A DNA stretch of 64,000 bases, taken from positions 5,419 through 69,418 of the forward strand of contig JADGPR010000006.1 in assembly GCA_017882335.1 (NCBI GenBank), written 5' to 3'. Below the pieces are notes generated by a model that had not been told where the DNA came from, ran no database searches, and saw nothing but the letters and a program-made list of their open reading frames with translations. A program made the position numbers and the translations under genes. This stretch comes from Bacteroidales bacterium (GTDB lineage Bacteria > Bacteroidota > Bacteroidia > Bacteroidales > FEN-979). Below are positions 62,701 to 64,000 of this stretch, in pieces; position 1 is the first letter of the stretch; every line of letters starts with the position of its first letter.

Positions 62701-64000
62701 ACGGAGTAGGTCCCGGCGACTGATACGATGATCGTTCTGATAGTTGCCCCGGTCGACCAGAGGTAGGTTGTATATCCTGCGCCGGCATCAAGAGTGGTAT
62801 AGGTTCCCGGGCAGATGCTCCTGTCGGGTCCCAGATTTACAATAGGCACAGCTCCGATAATGATGGTCTTGCAAAGACTCACTTGGTCTGGCAGCCCCTC
62901 GTTAACTAATAATCTTACATTATAGGTTCCGGGCTGGTTATATGAGAATGGTGGTGGGTTGAACAAAGTGGAAGACGGAACCGATGCATTGGCGCAAGGG
63001 GGGAAAGTCAAACGGGTAAGTGTATTCGATCCCCTGTTAGTTATATAAGCAAAAAGAGTATCATTTTGACGGAAGATCTCAGAAAAGCTGTGAGGCAGAT
63101 TGAGATTACCAATGTTCCCTAAAACCTGACCTGTGACAGTACCTGTAACCCCTCCTGTAAAAATCAATTTGCCCAGTTGCCCGTTCGTAAGATATTTTGT
63201 AAAGTAGCCGCTTGTTAAATCACAATCACGAACTATTGAGAGTCCCCCTCCAGACAAAACACCACCGGGGTTACCTAAATTTTCTCCGGTTGGAACATTC
63301 AGAAGTGAATTACCAAATGTCAACCGGGATATACTAGCGTTGCCATTTATCATTAACGCATACCATAATAGGTTTTCCTTAACAATACATAAAGGACCTG
63401 GATTGATCAAAACTCCTAAATCTCCAAAGTCTGTTATTGTTGGGATGTTAGTTAAGCTGTTTCCAAAATTGAATCTGACAAATTTATCTCCCGTAGAACA
63501 GTTTGCAAATGCCATCCATGTTGTACCTTCTTTCATTACAACCAATCCATGTAACATAATTAACCCGCTAAATGGACCCAGATCAATGGCTGTTGGAGTA
63601 TTCGCTAAAGAAACGCCAAAATCCAACCTGACCAATGTAGTGTTGTTACAAACAAATCCATACCAGTTTCCATTATCCTTTTTTACTTGAATCCCTTCAA
63701 TGGAAGTACCAAGTATACCACTAAAAGTTCCGAAATTAGTCCAGCTTATCGGATTATGATTAAATGTCGTCCCATGGTAATATCGGATTATTCCAGCCTG
63801 TTGACAACTTATAAAGGAATAACAATTGTTTCCATCCTGAACAAGTGTCATATATGTTGGAACACTAAGCAAACCTCCTGCATTTCCAATATTTACCCCT
63901 GTTGGATCATTGGTTGTATTTCCGGAACAAAAATTCCAATAAAAAGTTGATCCTCCGGTTGTCAGGTTTGTAATAGTTATCTGAGCGCCGATACAGCTGG
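59718..64000 (-). CDS. giant surface protein (5'-truncated by window): beta-propeller-like repeats, PKD/PKD-like domains, six tandem ~89-aa Ig-like repeats, C-terminal Fibrobacter-succinogenes-major-paralogous (FISUMP) domain
   Basis: The reading frame stays open upstream of the track start to the window end. The C-terminal ~185 aa match the FISUMP pattern (DIRDNKVYPTVQIGTQCWMAANLN...CPPGWHVPT..DW..L...AGG.LK......FFWSST......AW......V......AFSVRCLKD). The middle holds 6 repeats with NPVC.G..VTFTA.P.NGG..P.YQW.VNG. Confidence 0.8.
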   Translation of the reverse strand, partial: SCIGAQITITNLTTGGSTFYWNFCSGNTTNDPTGVNIGNAGGLLSVPTYMTLVQDGNNCYSFISCQQAGIIRYYHGTTFNHNPISWTNFGTFSGILGTSIEGIQVKKDNGNWYGFVCNNTTLVRLDFGVSLANTPTAIDLGPFSGLIMLHGLVVMKEGTTWMAFANCSTGDKFVRFNFGNSLTNIPTITDFGDLGVLINPGPLCIVKENLLWYALMINGNASISRLTFGNSLLNVPTGENLGNPGGVLSGGGLSIVRDCDLTSGYFTKYLTNGQLGKLIFTGGVTGTVTGQVLGNIGNLNLPHSFSEIFRQNDTLFAYITNRGSNTLTRLTFPPCANASVPSSTLFNPPPFSYNQPGTYNVRLLVNEGLPDQVSLCKTIIIGAVPIVNLGPDRSICPGTYTTLDAGAGYTTYLWSTGATIRTIIVSVAGTYSVTVTKTGCTANDEVNVSLYSVTPVNLGPDTTVCQGQTVIFDAGACAGCTYLWIDLGSGLTVGTSQTFTTGLVGIYKVTVTNTSGCQVMDTVQLLTITTPVVTNFPLAKSICSGNSTNIILTSNVPITTFSWTATGSSGFVAGYSSGIGNTINQVLTNSNTVNETVTYFITPVLGSCVGNTVAYIVTVIPISTVNISIVSSSNNICVGTMVTFTATPTNGGINPSYQWKVNGLNAGSDFPVYTYVPLNGDIVACVLTSSNITCISNNPALSNAIIMIVNPVNIVNISISPSANPVCSGSTVTFTATPQNEGTSPTYQWQVNGINVGTNNPIYTFTPAENDQVICILNSSETLCIANNPATSNQVNMTVNVNLPVSVTISPDANPVCAGSPITITATPVNGGTLPTYQWKVNGVNQGSNSPLFTYTPSNNDAVSCMISSDLSCTTGNPATSTTVIMTVNPNLPVSVSVAESANPVCAGTPVTFTAAPVNGGALPTCQWKVNGINIGPDSPAFTYAPSNNDAVSCVLTSDLTCTSGNPATSNIVVMTINPNLPVTISISADANPVCSGTSVSFTANPVNGGILPAYQWQVNSINVGTNIPNFTYIPANGDLVSCVLTSSESCTSSNPASSIQLQMIVNPNLPVSVSLAASDNPVCAGIAVTFTAIPANGGSSPSYQWKVNGINVGTNNPAYTYNPSNNDLISCLLTSNLTCTSGNPATSNAITMSVNSNPIVTFNPCFDTVTTINAKPFMLKGGIPLGGTYSGPGVNSLTGVFTPSLAGIGTHSITYTYTNAALCSTLAHANIINYPFSIVNCGSPITDIRDNKVYPTVQIGTQCWMAANLNYGSQIAGSSTQRDNCIVEKYCYNDIPVRCTTGSVFYQWDELMQYDFSVSNQGLCPPGWHVPTENDWNILFVNWTNNGFAGSPLKYSGYSGYNALLAGTRLFNISWSYDGFATFFWSSTAYTSTKSWAHVMNDYDPSVALYPASRANAFSVRCLKD
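60528..62126 (-). repeat. six tandem ~267-bp coding repeats (Ig-like modules) inside the giant surface-protein gene
   Basis: By eye the protein repeats are 87-90 aa each. Conserved blocks are NLPVSV.., ANPVCAG..VTFTA.PVNGG.LP.YQWKVNGIN.G.., FTY.PSNNDAVSC.L.S.L.C.SGNPATSN...M.VNP. Confidence 0.85.

Noticed and set aside
1-64000. Prophage, integrative element or defence island
   Set aside because: No integrase, transposase, recombinase, phage structural, restriction-modification, toxin-antitoxin or cas-like ORFs were recognised. No tRNA gene is present that could serve as an attachment site.

Overview
This 64-kb window looks like a chromosomal segment of a Bacteroidota-type genome. The evidence is gldB, a T9SS-type C-terminal sorting domain, TAnnTTTG -7 promoter boxes, a dcw cluster without murF or ddl, and an FtsZ tail ending ...NSYLHNNVD. 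I found no rRNA, tRNA, CRISPR, transposase or integrase. Most of the window is core metabolism: deoC, iorAB, alaS, nadE, Fe-S carrier genes, comM, ubiA-like. A complete minus-strand dcw cluster runs mraZ-rsmH-ftsL-ftsI-murE-mraY-(murD remnant)-ftsW-murG-murC-ftsQ-ftsA-ftsZ at 33.9-48.9 kb. Four things stand out. (1) 52.6-59.7 kb holds a tightly coupled, uncharacterised gene set next to a sigma54-type response regulator. It encodes a PqqD-like small protein, an ATP-grasp ligase, an Orn/DAP-type PLP decarboxylase, a urea-transporter-like membrane domain fused to an M23 peptidase, a TPR+beta-barrel outer-membrane protein and a TPR protein. This is my best candidate for a new system. (2) 8.0-12.6 kb holds a serine-palmitoyltransferase-like operon with two paralogous double-GNAT proteins flanking an SDR reductase, suggesting ceramide-, capnine- or aminolipid-type chemistry. 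(3) murD is reduced to a 182-codon 3' remnant inside an otherwise intact dcw cluster. (4) A family of 7-nt-periodic microsatellite arrays and GC-rich hairpins (CCTGCCTGCC-N-GGCAGG) fills many intergenic spacers. Copies also sit in frame inside alaS and a geranylgeranyl-reductase-family gene, and at the ends of two other ORFs. All functional calls come from motif recognition by eye. No database search was possible.
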